A stretch of DNA of 24,000 nt from Bacteroidota bacterium. GTDB taxonomy: Bacteria; Bacteroidota; Ignavibacteria; Tepidaquicellales; Tepidaquicellaceae. Below are positions 15,753-23,681 of the stretch, piece after piece (positions within the stretch are counted from its first letter, which is position 1; each line of letters starts with the position of its first letter). Location: NCBI GenBank assembly GCA_018266845.1, contig JAFDZO010000033.1, positions 39,014 to 63,013 on the forward strand. The letters are read 5' to 3'. The position numbers and the translations under genes were made by a program. The notes below the pieces were generated by a model that was not told the DNA's origin, made no database searches, and saw only the letters and a program-made list of their open reading frames with translations.

Positions 15753-17039
15753 TTAAATTTTTACAGTGAATTCGGTTCCAAGCCCCTTTTCACTTTTTAC
15801 TTCTATAGTTCCATTGTGAAGTTCTATTATTTTTTTGACAATATTAAGTCCTAAACCATATCCCATAATAGCTTTGTTGCGCGACTTATCCACCCTATAA
15901 AACGGTTCAAAGATAAAGCTAAGTTCTTGTTTAGGTATTCCTATGCCTTTATCAGTAACAGTTAATATAAATCCTTCTGTATTATCCGGGTTGGGAACTG
16001 CATTCACTAATACCTCTTCTTTAGAATATTTTAAAGCGTTGTCTATCAGGTTTTTTATAACTGTTTCAATTTTTTCCCTATCTGCTTTTACAATAAAGGG
16101 CTTGTTTTGTTTTTTAAAAATTATCCGGTCATTTAGAATTTTATCTGCGGATGATTGTATTAAAGCATTTAGGTCAAACCCGGAAATTTCCGGCTTTGAT
16201 AGAGCGTTACCCTTTTTGTAGTTATCAAGAAGTTCTCCAACCATATGCTCCATTTCATTTACATCGTCTTTAATTTTGGTTTTAATTTTCTCATCGTCAA
16301 TAAACTCAGACGATAGTTTCATTCTTGTCAAAGGTGTCCTCAACTCGTGAGATACATCAACAAGCAAAGTTTCTTTTGCTTTGATTGAGCGTGAAATGTT
16401 TTCCGTCATATTGTTAATTAATATCGCAAGTTTACCAAGCTCATCTTTTGTCTCCACGTTTATTTTATAATCAAGCTGACCTTTGCTTATCTCTTCAACT
16501 CCTTTTGAAAGAATTTTAACGGGACTGAATAGCCACCTTAAAACAAAATATAAAACCACGATGACAATTGTTATAAAAGCTATTACTGAAATAATAGCCT
16601 TAGGCAGGTTGATAAAATCTCTGGGCAGCCATGGCGCAACGGTAACAAATCCGTTTGGCAGTTTTTTAACTGCATACAATCTGTAATTATAGTATGTATA
16701 AGTTTTAGATGAATCGTAGGATGAGGAGTTAAGTATTTCCTGAGCCGGGGCTATAGTAGGGTCAGTAGTCCATCTGAAGTTGTTTAGCTCATAGCGGATA
16801 TTCATATTCAAATCGTTGGCAAGCTGCTTTGCCTTGTTGGTATCCGGCGGCATACCAATATCCTCAATGATGTATTTACTCAACAAAACAGGGTATCTGT
16901 TTACCATGCTTTGAGGGTTTCTATCTAATGTAAAATAAATTAGAAAGGCAGCAAGTCCGTTAACAAGAATTACAAAACCAATCAGGATAAGAACCAGCTT
17001 TAAAAAAATTGAGGATTTAATTTTCGTCAAAATCGGCAT
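15753..17039 (-). CDS. Sensor histidine kinase (2 TM, ~120-aa periplasmic sensor, HAMP, HisKA, HATPase_c)
   Basis: 428 aa with H-box SHELRTPLT, N-box NLIDNALKYS and G-boxes DKGIGI and GYGLGLNIV. The TMs are LVLILIGFVILVNGLAAFLIYF and IISVIAFITIVIVVLYFVL. The start overlaps the regulator gene by 23 nt. Confidence 0.9.
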   Translation of the reverse strand: MPILTKIKSSIFLKLVLILIGFVILVNGLAAFLIYFTLDRNPQSMVNRYPVLLSKYIIEDIGMPPDTNKAKQLANDLNMNIRYELNNFRWTTDPTIAPAQEILNSSSYDSSKTYTYYNYRLYAVKKLPNGFVTVAPWLPRDFINLPKAIISVIAFITIVIVVLYFVLRWLFSPVKILSKGVEEISKGQLDYKINVETKDELGKLAILINNMTENISRSIKAKETLLVDVSHELRTPLTRMKLSSEFIDDEKIKTKIKDDVNEMEHMVGELLDNYKKGNALSKPEISGFDLNALIQSSADKILNDRIIFKKQNKPFIVKADREKIETVIKNLIDNALKYSKEEVLVNAVPNPDNTEGFILTVTDKGIGIPKQELSFIFEPFYRVDKSRNKAIMGYGLGLNIVKKIIELHNGTIEVKSEKGLGTEFTVKI

Positions 17040-17706
17040 AGAATATATATCCTATTGACTGGACAGTTTTAATCAGCTGCCCTGTCTTGTCTTTTAGTTT
17101 TGTTCTTAATCGTGATACCATTACATCTATACTTCTATCGTAGTATTGCCAGCTCATCCCTTTTGTTTTTTGCATTAAGTATTCGCGTGATAAAACTTTT
17201 CCGTTATTTTTTGCGAACAGGACAAGCAGGTCAAATTCTGTCGTAGTTATATCTATTTTTTTATTGCTGAATTTTACAGAGCGGTTCCCTGTATTTATTA
17301 TGATGTTTTTAAATCTTATCTCTTCGGAAGGGATAACCTTTCCTTCCACTCTTCTGAATATTGCCTGTATTCTCGCAAGAAGTTCTCTCGGTTCAAAAGG
17401 TTTGGCAAGGTAGTCATCAGCGCCAAGTTCAAGCCCGACAATCTTATCTGTAGTTTCTCCTCTTGCAGTAAGCATAATAACGGGGATAAGAATGTTTTTC
17501 CTAAGCTCTTTTAAGGTTTCAAATCCGTCCATATCCGGCATCATTACGTCAAGGATAATCAGGTCATAAGAGGCTGTTTTTAAATTTGCCAGAGCGTTTA
17601 CCGGATTATCAAAATGAGTAACCTTGTAAGAATATTTTTCAAGATAGTCTTTTAAAAGCTCGCCGAGTTTTGCATCATCGTCTATGACAAGTATGTTTTT
17701 ATTCAT
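17017..17706 (-). CDS. OmpR/PhoB-family response regulator (receiver plus winged helix)
   Basis: 229 aa. Receiver features are ILVIDDD, phospho-acceptor context LIILDVMMPDMDG, TARG and KPF. The C-terminal trans_reg_C-like block is LTTTEFDLLVLFAKNNGKVLSREYL...VMVSRLRTKL...IKTVQSIGYIF. Confidence 0.9.
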   Translation of the reverse strand: MNKNILVIDDDAKLGELLKDYLEKYSYKVTHFDNPVNALANLKTASYDLIILDVMMPDMDGFETLKELRKNILIPVIMLTARGETTDKIVGLELGADDYLAKPFEPRELLARIQAIFRRVEGKVIPSEEIRFKNIIINTGNRSVKFSNKKIDITTTEFDLLVLFAKNNGKVLSREYLMQKTKGMSWQYYDRSIDVMVSRLRTKLKDKTGQLIKTVQSIGYIFYADFDEN

Positions 17707-17717
17707 AACCTATTTAC

Positions 17718-17762
17718 AATAATAAAAATAAAATAGGCGGTATTAAACTGAATAATACCGCC
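17718..17762 (-). terminator. Rho-independent terminator or attenuator between the Spy/CpxP-like gene and the regulator gene
   Basis: A 10-bp stem, GGCGGTATTA (17736-17745) with TAATACCGCC (17753-17762), around a 7-nt loop. On the minus strand it is followed by TATTTTATTTTTATTATT. It sits 13 nt after the Spy-like stop and 12 nt before the regulator ATG. Confidence 0.7.
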
Positions 17763-17774
17763 CATGTTTTGGAA

Positions 17775-18302
17775 TTATTTTTCCGGGTTAAAGTGTTCGA
17801 TTCTATCAACGATTTTTTCTCTTAACGAGGTCATCTTATCGGCAGCCTGTTTTCTCTGTTCAGGAGTCAGGATGTTATGAAACTCGACTATCTTGCTTTC
17901 AACATAATCTTTCATTTCATTCCTTTCTGCCTGGTTTTGCTGAAACATATTTTCAAGCGATGCTTTATCCAGATTATCCTTTGTAAATTCAGAAATGAAT
18001 TTATCGAACTTTTCTTTTCTCACCGGCTTTTTTGATTCCATTTTTTCTTTTATATCAGTTTTCAAAGCGGAAATCCTTGCTTTCTGGTCATTTGTCAGTT
18101 TCATATCTTCAGTAACTTTATCAATCAGAATTCCGATAGGTCCTTCCTTTTTTAAGTCATGAATTTTTTTGGCAAAGCTAATTCCGGCAAACGAAACTGT
18201 TAGAATTAGAAAAGCAAGTAAAGAGAAAAGAATTTTTCTTTTTGCGGTTGAAAAAATTCCTTTTTTTGTTCCATTGTTTTTTTGAGTCATTTGGGTTTCC
18301 AT
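17775..18302 (-). CDS. Spy/CpxP-family periplasmic protein (two LTXXQ motifs)
   Basis: 175 aa with N-terminal hydrophobic segment ILFSLLAFLILTVSFAGISFA. The two LTXXQ motifs are KLTNDQKARISALK and ILTPEQRKQAADKM, in a K/E-rich helical protein. A GGAG sits 8 nt upstream of the ATG. The start could instead be the internal Met at codon 5. Confidence 0.75.
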   Translation of the reverse strand: METQMTQKNNGTKKGIFSTAKRKILFSLLAFLILTVSFAGISFAKKIHDLKKEGPIGILIDKVTEDMKLTNDQKARISALKTDIKEKMESKKPVRKEKFDKFISEFTKDNLDKASLENMFQQNQAERNEMKDYVESKIVEFHNILTPEQRKQAADKMTSLREKIVDRIEHFNPEK

Positions 18303-18372
18303 TGTAGTGTCTCCATGTTTAAGTTTACATTACAAAAATACGAAGGAGATATTACATGGAATTATTGGAAAT

Positions 18373-18387
18373 GTAAATGTTTGTAAC
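18373..18387 (+). promoter_or_regulatory. CpxR-box-like tandem pentamer GTAAA-N5-GTAAC upstream of the Spy/CpxP-like gene
   Basis: GTAAA (18373-18377), tgttt, GTAAC (18383-18387), located 71-85 nt upstream of the start codon at 18302. It resembles the E. coli CpxR consensus GTAAA-N5-GTAAA. It could arise by chance in an AT-rich spacer. Confidence 0.3.
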
Positions 18388-18534
18388 AAAGACTGTAGCA
18401 GCATTACGAGGTGATAATGCTGATATGGATTTTGGGAGAAATTATGCTGATTTATTTACTTTTCAGCTTTGAAAAACAGGCAGAGCCATGCCGAACAAAA
18501 ATTACTAAAGATTATTGAAGGAAGATTTTTTGGA

Positions 18535-18588
18535 GGAAAAAAGAAGAACCATTTTGTAAATAGCTTTATTCAATTTACAAAATGGTTC
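18535..18588 (-). terminator. Rho-independent terminator of the outer-membrane-protein gene
   Basis: A perfect 16-bp stem, GAACCATTTTGTAAAT (18546-18561) with ATTTACAAAATGGTTC (18573-18588), around an 11-nt loop. On the minus strand it is followed by TTCTTTTTTCC. It begins 12 nt after the stop at 18600. Confidence 0.75.
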
Positions 18589-18599
18589 GTCTGTAAAAA

Positions 18600-19247
18600 T
18601 CAAAATTTTACACCAAATCCCATTTGGAATCCGGTTAAATTGCTGATAGGTTTATTGTACAAGCTGTTTACTTCTTTTCCTATGGGAGTTACATACGAGT
18701 AATTTACATAGAGCGAAAAGGCAACGGACTGCGTTTCGGAAAACTCCAATCCTGCGCCTGCATATCCGCCAATAGCAAAAGCCGCCTGCATATATCCAAA
18801 AGCATTGAAGTATTCTCTTGAGTATGGGTTTGTCAAAATCAGCGAAGGGGAGATTCCTGCCTGCACAATCGGTTTTATTGAGCCGGTAATATCATCCGAG
18901 AACATTTCCTTTTTAATGCCGATATTCAACGGAAGCATAAATATTCTGTTTTCTTTGTTGGGGGTTATTCTATTTCCAAAATAATCATATTGTTCAAATT
19001 CCCTGCTGTCTGAAACACTCATCAAAGATAGGCCCGTAATAAGCTGCGTAGTGCTGTTAAGATTTTTATGATAGCTAACCGCAGGACCAAAGCCGTTTTC
19101 GCTGTAAATGAATGAAAGTCCCCACGGACTTGGTGTTTCCTTTTTCACAACAGGTTTGTTTTTTGCTTTTGAACTGTCGCCGGCATAAACATTGGTAATG
19201 AAGAGGGGTACGAACACAAAGACTAAAACTATGCTTAGTTTCCTCAT
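18600..19247 (-). CDS. Outer-membrane beta-barrel protein (small, ~8-stranded type)
   Basis: 215 aa with signal peptide MRKLSIVLVFVFVPLFITNVYA/G. It shows alternating hydrophobic/aromatic beta-strand patterning (AFAIGGYAGAGLEFSE, VAFSLYVNYSYV). The C-terminal beta-signal ends in aromatic F (GFQMGFGVKF). Confidence 0.7.
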   Translation of the reverse strand: MRKLSIVLVFVFVPLFITNVYAGDSSKAKNKPVVKKETPSPWGLSFIYSENGFGPAVSYHKNLNSTTQLITGLSLMSVSDSREFEQYDYFGNRITPNKENRIFMLPLNIGIKKEMFSDDITGSIKPIVQAGISPSLILTNPYSREYFNAFGYMQAAFAIGGYAGAGLEFSETQSVAFSLYVNYSYVTPIGKEVNSLYNKPISNLTGFQMGFGVKF

Positions 19248-19375
19248 AATTTTTCTTTTATTTATTAGTGGAAATAGGTTTTACGCCAATAAAATTCCTG
19301 AAGATGTGAGCGAAAATAACTTTATTGTATTACCTAAGTTAAATGGTTAATTTTATTCAGAAATAGCATTTTAAT

Positions 19376-19957
19376 TTGACGGAAAAAAGGTATAAAAAGA
19401 TACTTAGTGTAGTAGAGAAGAGACAGGATGACCTCACAATCGTTCTGGAAAACATTCATGACCCGCATAATGTGAGCGCAATATTGAGAAGCGTTGAATC
19501 CGTCGGCATAGATGAGGTTTACTTAATCTATAATACGAATAAGTTTCCCAGAATCGGCAGGGTTTCATCTGCCAGCGCGAATAAATGGGTTACGCTTAAT
19601 AAATTTAAGACAGTTGAGGAATGCTACGGTATATTAAAAGAAAAAGGCTTTAAAATTTATACAACTCATCTTGCTGAAAATACCGAGAATGCCTCGTTGT
19701 ATGATTTGGATTTTACAGAAAGATGCGCAATAGTAGTAGGCAACGAGCATGCCGGAGTTTCGGAAGAAGCAGTGAGATTATCGGATAAAAATTTTGTTAT
19801 CCCTATGTATGGGATGATACAATCTTTAAATGTTTCTGTTTCTGCTGCCGTATGCCTTTATGAAGCCCTGAGACAAAGGCAGGTAAAAGGGATGTATGAG
19901 AGGAAATTTTCCGAAACGGAACTTAACAAAAAATTAGAAAAATATACTAAGAAATAA
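19376..19957 (+). CDS. trmH: SpoU/TrmH-family RNA 2'-O-methyltransferase, probably tRNA Gm18
   Basis: 193 aa with a TTG start at 19376. The SpoU motifs are HDPHNVSAILRSVESVGI, IVVGNEHAGVSEE and IPMYGMIQSLNVSVSAAVCLYE. Confidence 0.85.
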   Translation: MTEKRYKKILSVVEKRQDDLTIVLENIHDPHNVSAILRSVESVGIDEVYLIYNTNKFPRIGRVSSASANKWVTLNKFKTVEECYGILKEKGFKIYTTHLAENTENASLYDLDFTERCAIVVGNEHAGVSEEAVRLSDKNFVIPMYGMIQSLNVSVSAAVCLYEALRQRQVKGMYERKFSETELNKKLEKYTKK

Positions 19958-19958
19958 T

Positions 19959-20780
19959 ATGCTACCCGAATATTTTAAGAAAGAGCTTGGGCTGAAAAAT
20001 CTTCATAATTTTCTGCTTATCGCCGGACCTTGTGTGGTCGAAAGCAAAAGCATTGTTTTTAAAACTTGTGAACGAGTGAAGGAAATTACATCTAAGTTAA
20101 AAATTCCATTTGTTTTCAAATCTTCTTTTATCAAAGCGAACAGAACTTCATCTGATTCGTTTAGAACGATTGGAGTTGATAAATCTTTACAGATTCTCGC
20201 AGATGTAAAAAAAGAATTTGGCGTTCCAATATTAACTGATGTTCATTCAGAAATTGATACTGAAATTGCATCTGAAGTAGCAGATATTTTGCAAATCCCC
20301 GCCTTTCTATGCAGGCAGACTGAACTGCTTGAAGCAGCAGGGGATACCGGAAAAATTGTGAACATAAAAAAAGGTCAGTTCCTTGCGCCTCAGGATATGA
20401 TTTATCAGGCGGAGAAAGTAAAAGCTACGGGCAATAATAAAATTTTGCTGACAGAAAGAGGAAGCACATTCGGATATAACAACTTAGTCGTTGATATGAG
20501 GGGAATGGTAATTATGAAAAAAACCGGGTATCCGGTTATATTTGATGCTACTCATTCAGTTCAGATGCCTTCAGCGGAAAGAGGAGTTACAGGAGGAACG
20601 CCTGAATACATTGAGCCGCTTGCAAGCTGCGCAGCTTCTATAAACGTACAGGGATTTTTTATTGAAACTCACCCAAACCCGAATAAAGCTTTGAGTGATG
20701 CGAAAAGTATGCTGCCGTTAGATAAGCTGGAAACGCTTCTGGCAAAACTTCAAAGAATTTACAAAGCGGCGGAAAAGTGA
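19959..20780 (+). CDS. kdsA: 3-deoxy-8-phosphooctulonate (KDO8P) synthase
   Basis: 273 aa. LIAGPCVVES, FKSSFIKANRTS, LTDVHS, LQIPAFLCRQTELL, NIKKGQFLAP, LTERGSTFGYNNLVVDMR and FDATHSVQMP are canonical KdsA blocks. There is a 1-nt gap after trmH. Confidence 0.95.
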   Translation: MLPEYFKKELGLKNLHNFLLIAGPCVVESKSIVFKTCERVKEITSKLKIPFVFKSSFIKANRTSSDSFRTIGVDKSLQILADVKKEFGVPILTDVHSEIDTEIASEVADILQIPAFLCRQTELLEAAGDTGKIVNIKKGQFLAPQDMIYQAEKVKATGNNKILLTERGSTFGYNNLVVDMRGMVIMKKTGYPVIFDATHSVQMPSAERGVTGGTPEYIEPLASCAASINVQGFFIETHPNPNKALSDAKSMLPLDKLETLLAKLQRIYKAAEK

Positions 20781-20861
20781 TTTTTCAAAAGAACACTTAA
20801 TATTTCCCTTTAAAAGTTTTTTTAAAAGAACAATATTGAAGTAACATCCATTTTTCTATCC

Positions 20862-21272
20862 TTGATGAGTGACCAAGAAAAGTTAGGGAATACAATTCCT
20901 CTTACAATATTAATCGCTGAAGATAATCTTATTAATCAAAAGCTGATTGCAAAAATTTTTAACAGCATGGGCTACAATGTTGATGTTGCCGATAACGGAG
21001 TGAAAGCGCTTGAGCATATGGAAAAAAAATCTTATGAGCTTGTAACGCTTGATATTCAAATGCCTGAAATGGACGGAATAACCTGCGCTAAAGAGATTCA
21101 TAAAAAGTATGGAGAAAGCAGACCTGTGCTGGTTTCTATAACAGCAAACATTCAGCTTCTTAATCCTGAAGGATTTGATAAGGATGGAATGGATGATGTA
21201 ATAACCAAGCCGTTTAAAGCAGAAGATTTAAAGAATATGATTCTTAAATGGTTCGGAAACAAACAGAATTAA
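20862..21272 (+). CDS. Stand-alone response-regulator receiver domain (CheY-like)
   Basis: 136 aa. Features are ILIAEDN, phospho-acceptor context LVTLDIQMPEMDG, SITAN and ITKPF. There is no output domain. The start may be the TTG at 20862 or the ATG at 20865. Confidence 0.85.
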   Translation: MMSDQEKLGNTIPLTILIAEDNLINQKLIAKIFNSMGYNVDVADNGVKALEHMEKKSYELVTLDIQMPEMDGITCAKEIHKKYGESRPVLVSITANIQLLNPEGFDKDGMDDVITKPFKAEDLKNMILKWFGNKQN

Positions 21273-21282
21273 ATTTATTTTT

Positions 21283-23670
21283 TTGGCAAAGAAGAGCAGT
21301 TTTAAATCAGTATATTTTACAGGAATATTTCTTACCGCGCTTAGTACTCTCTTATTAGAATTTACTCTCACCCGTATTTTATCCGTTTCGCTTTGGTATC
21401 ACTTTGCATTTATGGTAATCAGTGTGGCGTTGCTCGGTTTTGGCGTTAGCGGAGTGTTTCTTTCACTGAATGAGAAAATAAAAAAAGTAGGCACGGATAA
21501 GCTTTTAACATGGCTTTCAATTTTGTATGGCGTTTCCATTTTGGCATCTTTTTTAATAATTAACCAGATTCCGTTTGACCCGTTCAGTCTTTTAACCGAT
21601 ACCATTCAATTTTTGTATCTGCCGCTTTATTATCTTCTTATCACGATTCCATTTTTCTTTTCAGGGCTGATAATTTCAATTCTGCTTTCATACTTCAAAA
21701 ACGAAATTTCAAAATTATATTTTTTTGATTTAATAGGCGCAGGCGCTGCATGTTTTGCATTTGTATTTTTTATACCTGCCCTTGGCGGCGGCGGAACTAT
21801 TGCAGTTATTGCCTGTCTGGCGTTTGTTAATGCGGCTATATTCGGATTTAAAGAGCACAAAACTCTTTCTCTTTCTGCGGGAGTGCTTGCGCTGCTTAGC
21901 TTATTCTTTTTAGCCGGCGGTGGATTATCAATTAACTCTTCACCGAATAAAATTTACGGCAATTATATTAAATCCCGTCCTGATCTCAATGTATTTTCCG
22001 GCTGGAATACTTTTTCTAAGATAGACGTAATGAAGGAAGAAGAAAAATCAGAAGACGGCTATGATATTATGCTTGCTATCATAGATGACGGTAATGCAAC
22101 TACGAATATTCCCAATGTTAAAAAATTTCCTTTAGAATCAAAGCCTGCTGATGCTTCAAACATGGCATTTGCATCAAAGGATACAGTGAATAATGTGTTT
22201 ATTATCGGTTCTGCAGGAGGCGGTGAAATTCTTGCAAGTCTTTATAATAATGCGAACAATGTTACAGCGGTTGAGATTAATGGAATATTGAACGATTTGA
22301 TTTCAAAAGATATGGCTTACTGGACGGGACCATTGGTAAAGAATAATCCGAAAGTAAAGCTGATAACTGATGATGCGAGAAATGTAATCACAAACTCTCC
22401 TGTAAAATATGATGTAATTATTTCGGCTCACACAATTTCCGCTTCGGCTGTTTCCAGCGGCGCAATGAGTATGGTTGAGAATTATATTTTAACTAAAGAG
22501 GCAGTTGACGAATACATAAGTCATTTGAATGACAGAGGGATAATTTATATTTCACGCCCTGAAACGCAAATACCAAAGTTAATTACCACGCTAAAAAAAT
22601 CTGTAAGTGATTTAACGGATGGAAAAGATAACGGAAAGAACGATATAATGATTTTTAGAAGACCTCCGAATGATTTTGAAAAAGAAAAAAGCTTTCTTGC
22701 AGGAGTGCTTTTTAAAAAAGGCGGTTTTAATTACAACGATATTATTAAAATCAAAAATGAGGCTTCAAAGCTTAGCCTTGATATTGAATACGACCCTCTT
22801 TCAAAACAGGAAGGTTATTACAAGCAGTTAATAGAATCGGAAAATATAGATAACGAAATTAATAGCTCGAAGCTGAATATTACTCCGGCTACGGATGATA
22901 AGCCTTTCTTTGACAGGAATATCGGTTTTTCAAACCTGTCGTTTGATGGAATAAAAGAAACTTTTTCACAGGATGATAAAGCAATTCTTGCTTTAAAAGA
23001 CAAGCCCGTTGCAGAGACAACTTTATTGGCAATTCTCGTACAGACAGTCTTAATTTCATTTATTCTAATTCTTCTCCCTTTGAGAATTTTCAGAAAAGAT
23101 AAATCCGGCGAGCCTGTTGATAAAAAATTTCTTATCTATTTTGCATGTCTTGGGCTGGGATATATTATGCTGCAGATTTGTATGATACAAAAGTTTACTC
23201 TTCTTCTCGGTCAGCCTGTGTTTACGCTGCTGACTGTTGTTTCTACTATGCTTGTAGCTTCAGGCATAGGAAGCTTTTATTCTAAAAAACTTTTTAAAGA
23301 TAAAAAAATAATTTTTATTGTTATTGCTGTATATGCCGTTATACTGGGAATTCTGAATCCTGTTCTGTTCAAAGCGTTTGCAAGTTATGGCTTATATCTC
23401 AGAATCATCATTTCTGTGATATTAATTTTTCCGTTAGGTTTCTTTATGGGAATGCCCTTCCCTTCAGGGCTGGCATTGATAAATGACGAGCAGAAAAAAT
23501 TTATTCCTCTTGCTTGGGGAGTAAACGGATTTTTTTCTGTAATAGGTACTGTATCTGCAATGATACTTGCGATGACTGTAGGATTCAAAATGGTCTTCAT
23601 TATAGCGGGACTTGTTTACCTGTTAGCCATGCTACTTATAAGCAGCCGGCTTAAATTAAAAACCGTGTAA
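21283..23670 (+). CDS. Polytopic membrane protein with a central spermidine-synthase-like (class I MTase fold) domain; fused membrane/spermidine-synthase-like family
   Basis: 795 aa with a TTG start. About 7 TMs lie at residues 1-215 and about 6-7 TMs at residues 580-795. The central soluble domain carries VFIIGSAGGGEILASL...VTAVEIN...YDVIISAHT...LNDRGIIYIS. This parallels SpeE blocks (IIGGGDGG / VEID / DVIIVDSTDP) but with the acidic catalytic positions replaced. Confidence 0.8.
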   Translation: MAKKSSFKSVYFTGIFLTALSTLLLEFTLTRILSVSLWYHFAFMVISVALLGFGVSGVFLSLNEKIKKVGTDKLLTWLSILYGVSILASFLIINQIPFDPFSLLTDTIQFLYLPLYYLLITIPFFFSGLIISILLSYFKNEISKLYFFDLIGAGAACFAFVFFIPALGGGGTIAVIACLAFVNAAIFGFKEHKTLSLSAGVLALLSLFFLAGGGLSINSSPNKIYGNYIKSRPDLNVFSGWNTFSKIDVMKEEEKSEDGYDIMLAIIDDGNATTNIPNVKKFPLESKPADASNMAFASKDTVNNVFIIGSAGGGEILASLYNNANNVTAVEINGILNDLISKDMAYWTGPLVKNNPKVKLITDDARNVITNSPVKYDVIISAHTISASAVSSGAMSMVENYILTKEAVDEYISHLNDRGIIYISRPETQIPKLITTLKKSVSDLTDGKDNGKNDIMIFRRPPNDFEKEKSFLAGVLFKKGGFNYNDIIKIKNEASKLSLDIEYDPLSKQEGYYKQLIESENIDNEINSSKLNITPATDDKPFFDRNIGFSNLSFDGIKETFSQDDKAILALKDKPVAETTLLAILVQTVLISFILILLPLRIFRKDKSGEPVDKKFLIYFACLGLGYIMLQICMIQKFTLLLGQPVFTLLTVVSTMLVASGIGSFYSKKLFKDKKIIFIVIAVYAVILGILNPVLFKAFASYGLYLRIIISVILIFPLGFFMGMPFPSGLALINDEQKKFIPLAWGVNGFFSVIGTVSAMILAMTVGFKMVFIIAGLVYLLAMLLISSRLKLKTV

Positions 23671-23681
23671 AATTATTTGAT

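Noticed and set aside
18356-18472. Plus-strand mini-ORFs in the spacer upstream of the Spy-like gene. One is a 6-codon ORF (MELLEM) preceded by AAGGAG at a 7-nt spacing. The other is a 31-codon ORF at 18377-18472 (MFVTKTVAALRGDNADMDFGRNYADLFTFQL).
   Set aside because: They lie in the promoter region of a minus-strand gene, with no + strand promoter or terminator evident. They are too short to evaluate and have no recognisable features, so they are probably chance. The same nucleotides are better explained as regulatory repeats.
3546-23600. Short to medium ORFs in the track that lie antisense to, or nested in, the long genes. They are 3546..3737, 4132..4506, 5105..5392, 5399..5809, 7119..7400, 8354..8551, 8851..9105, 9416..9964, 9562..9807, 12009..12191, 12338..12808, 13130..13330, 14822..15034, 14976..15182, 15943..16221, 16483..16686, 18469..18702, 20910..21101, 21399..21605, 21630..21860, 22818..23003 and 23385..23600.
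   Set aside because: Each is fully or largely overlapped by a longer ORF with clear family motifs on the other strand or frame. Their translations are low-complexity (S/F/I/L-rich mirror images of K/E/N-rich genes) with no recognisable motifs. They are typical shadow ORFs of an AT-rich genome.
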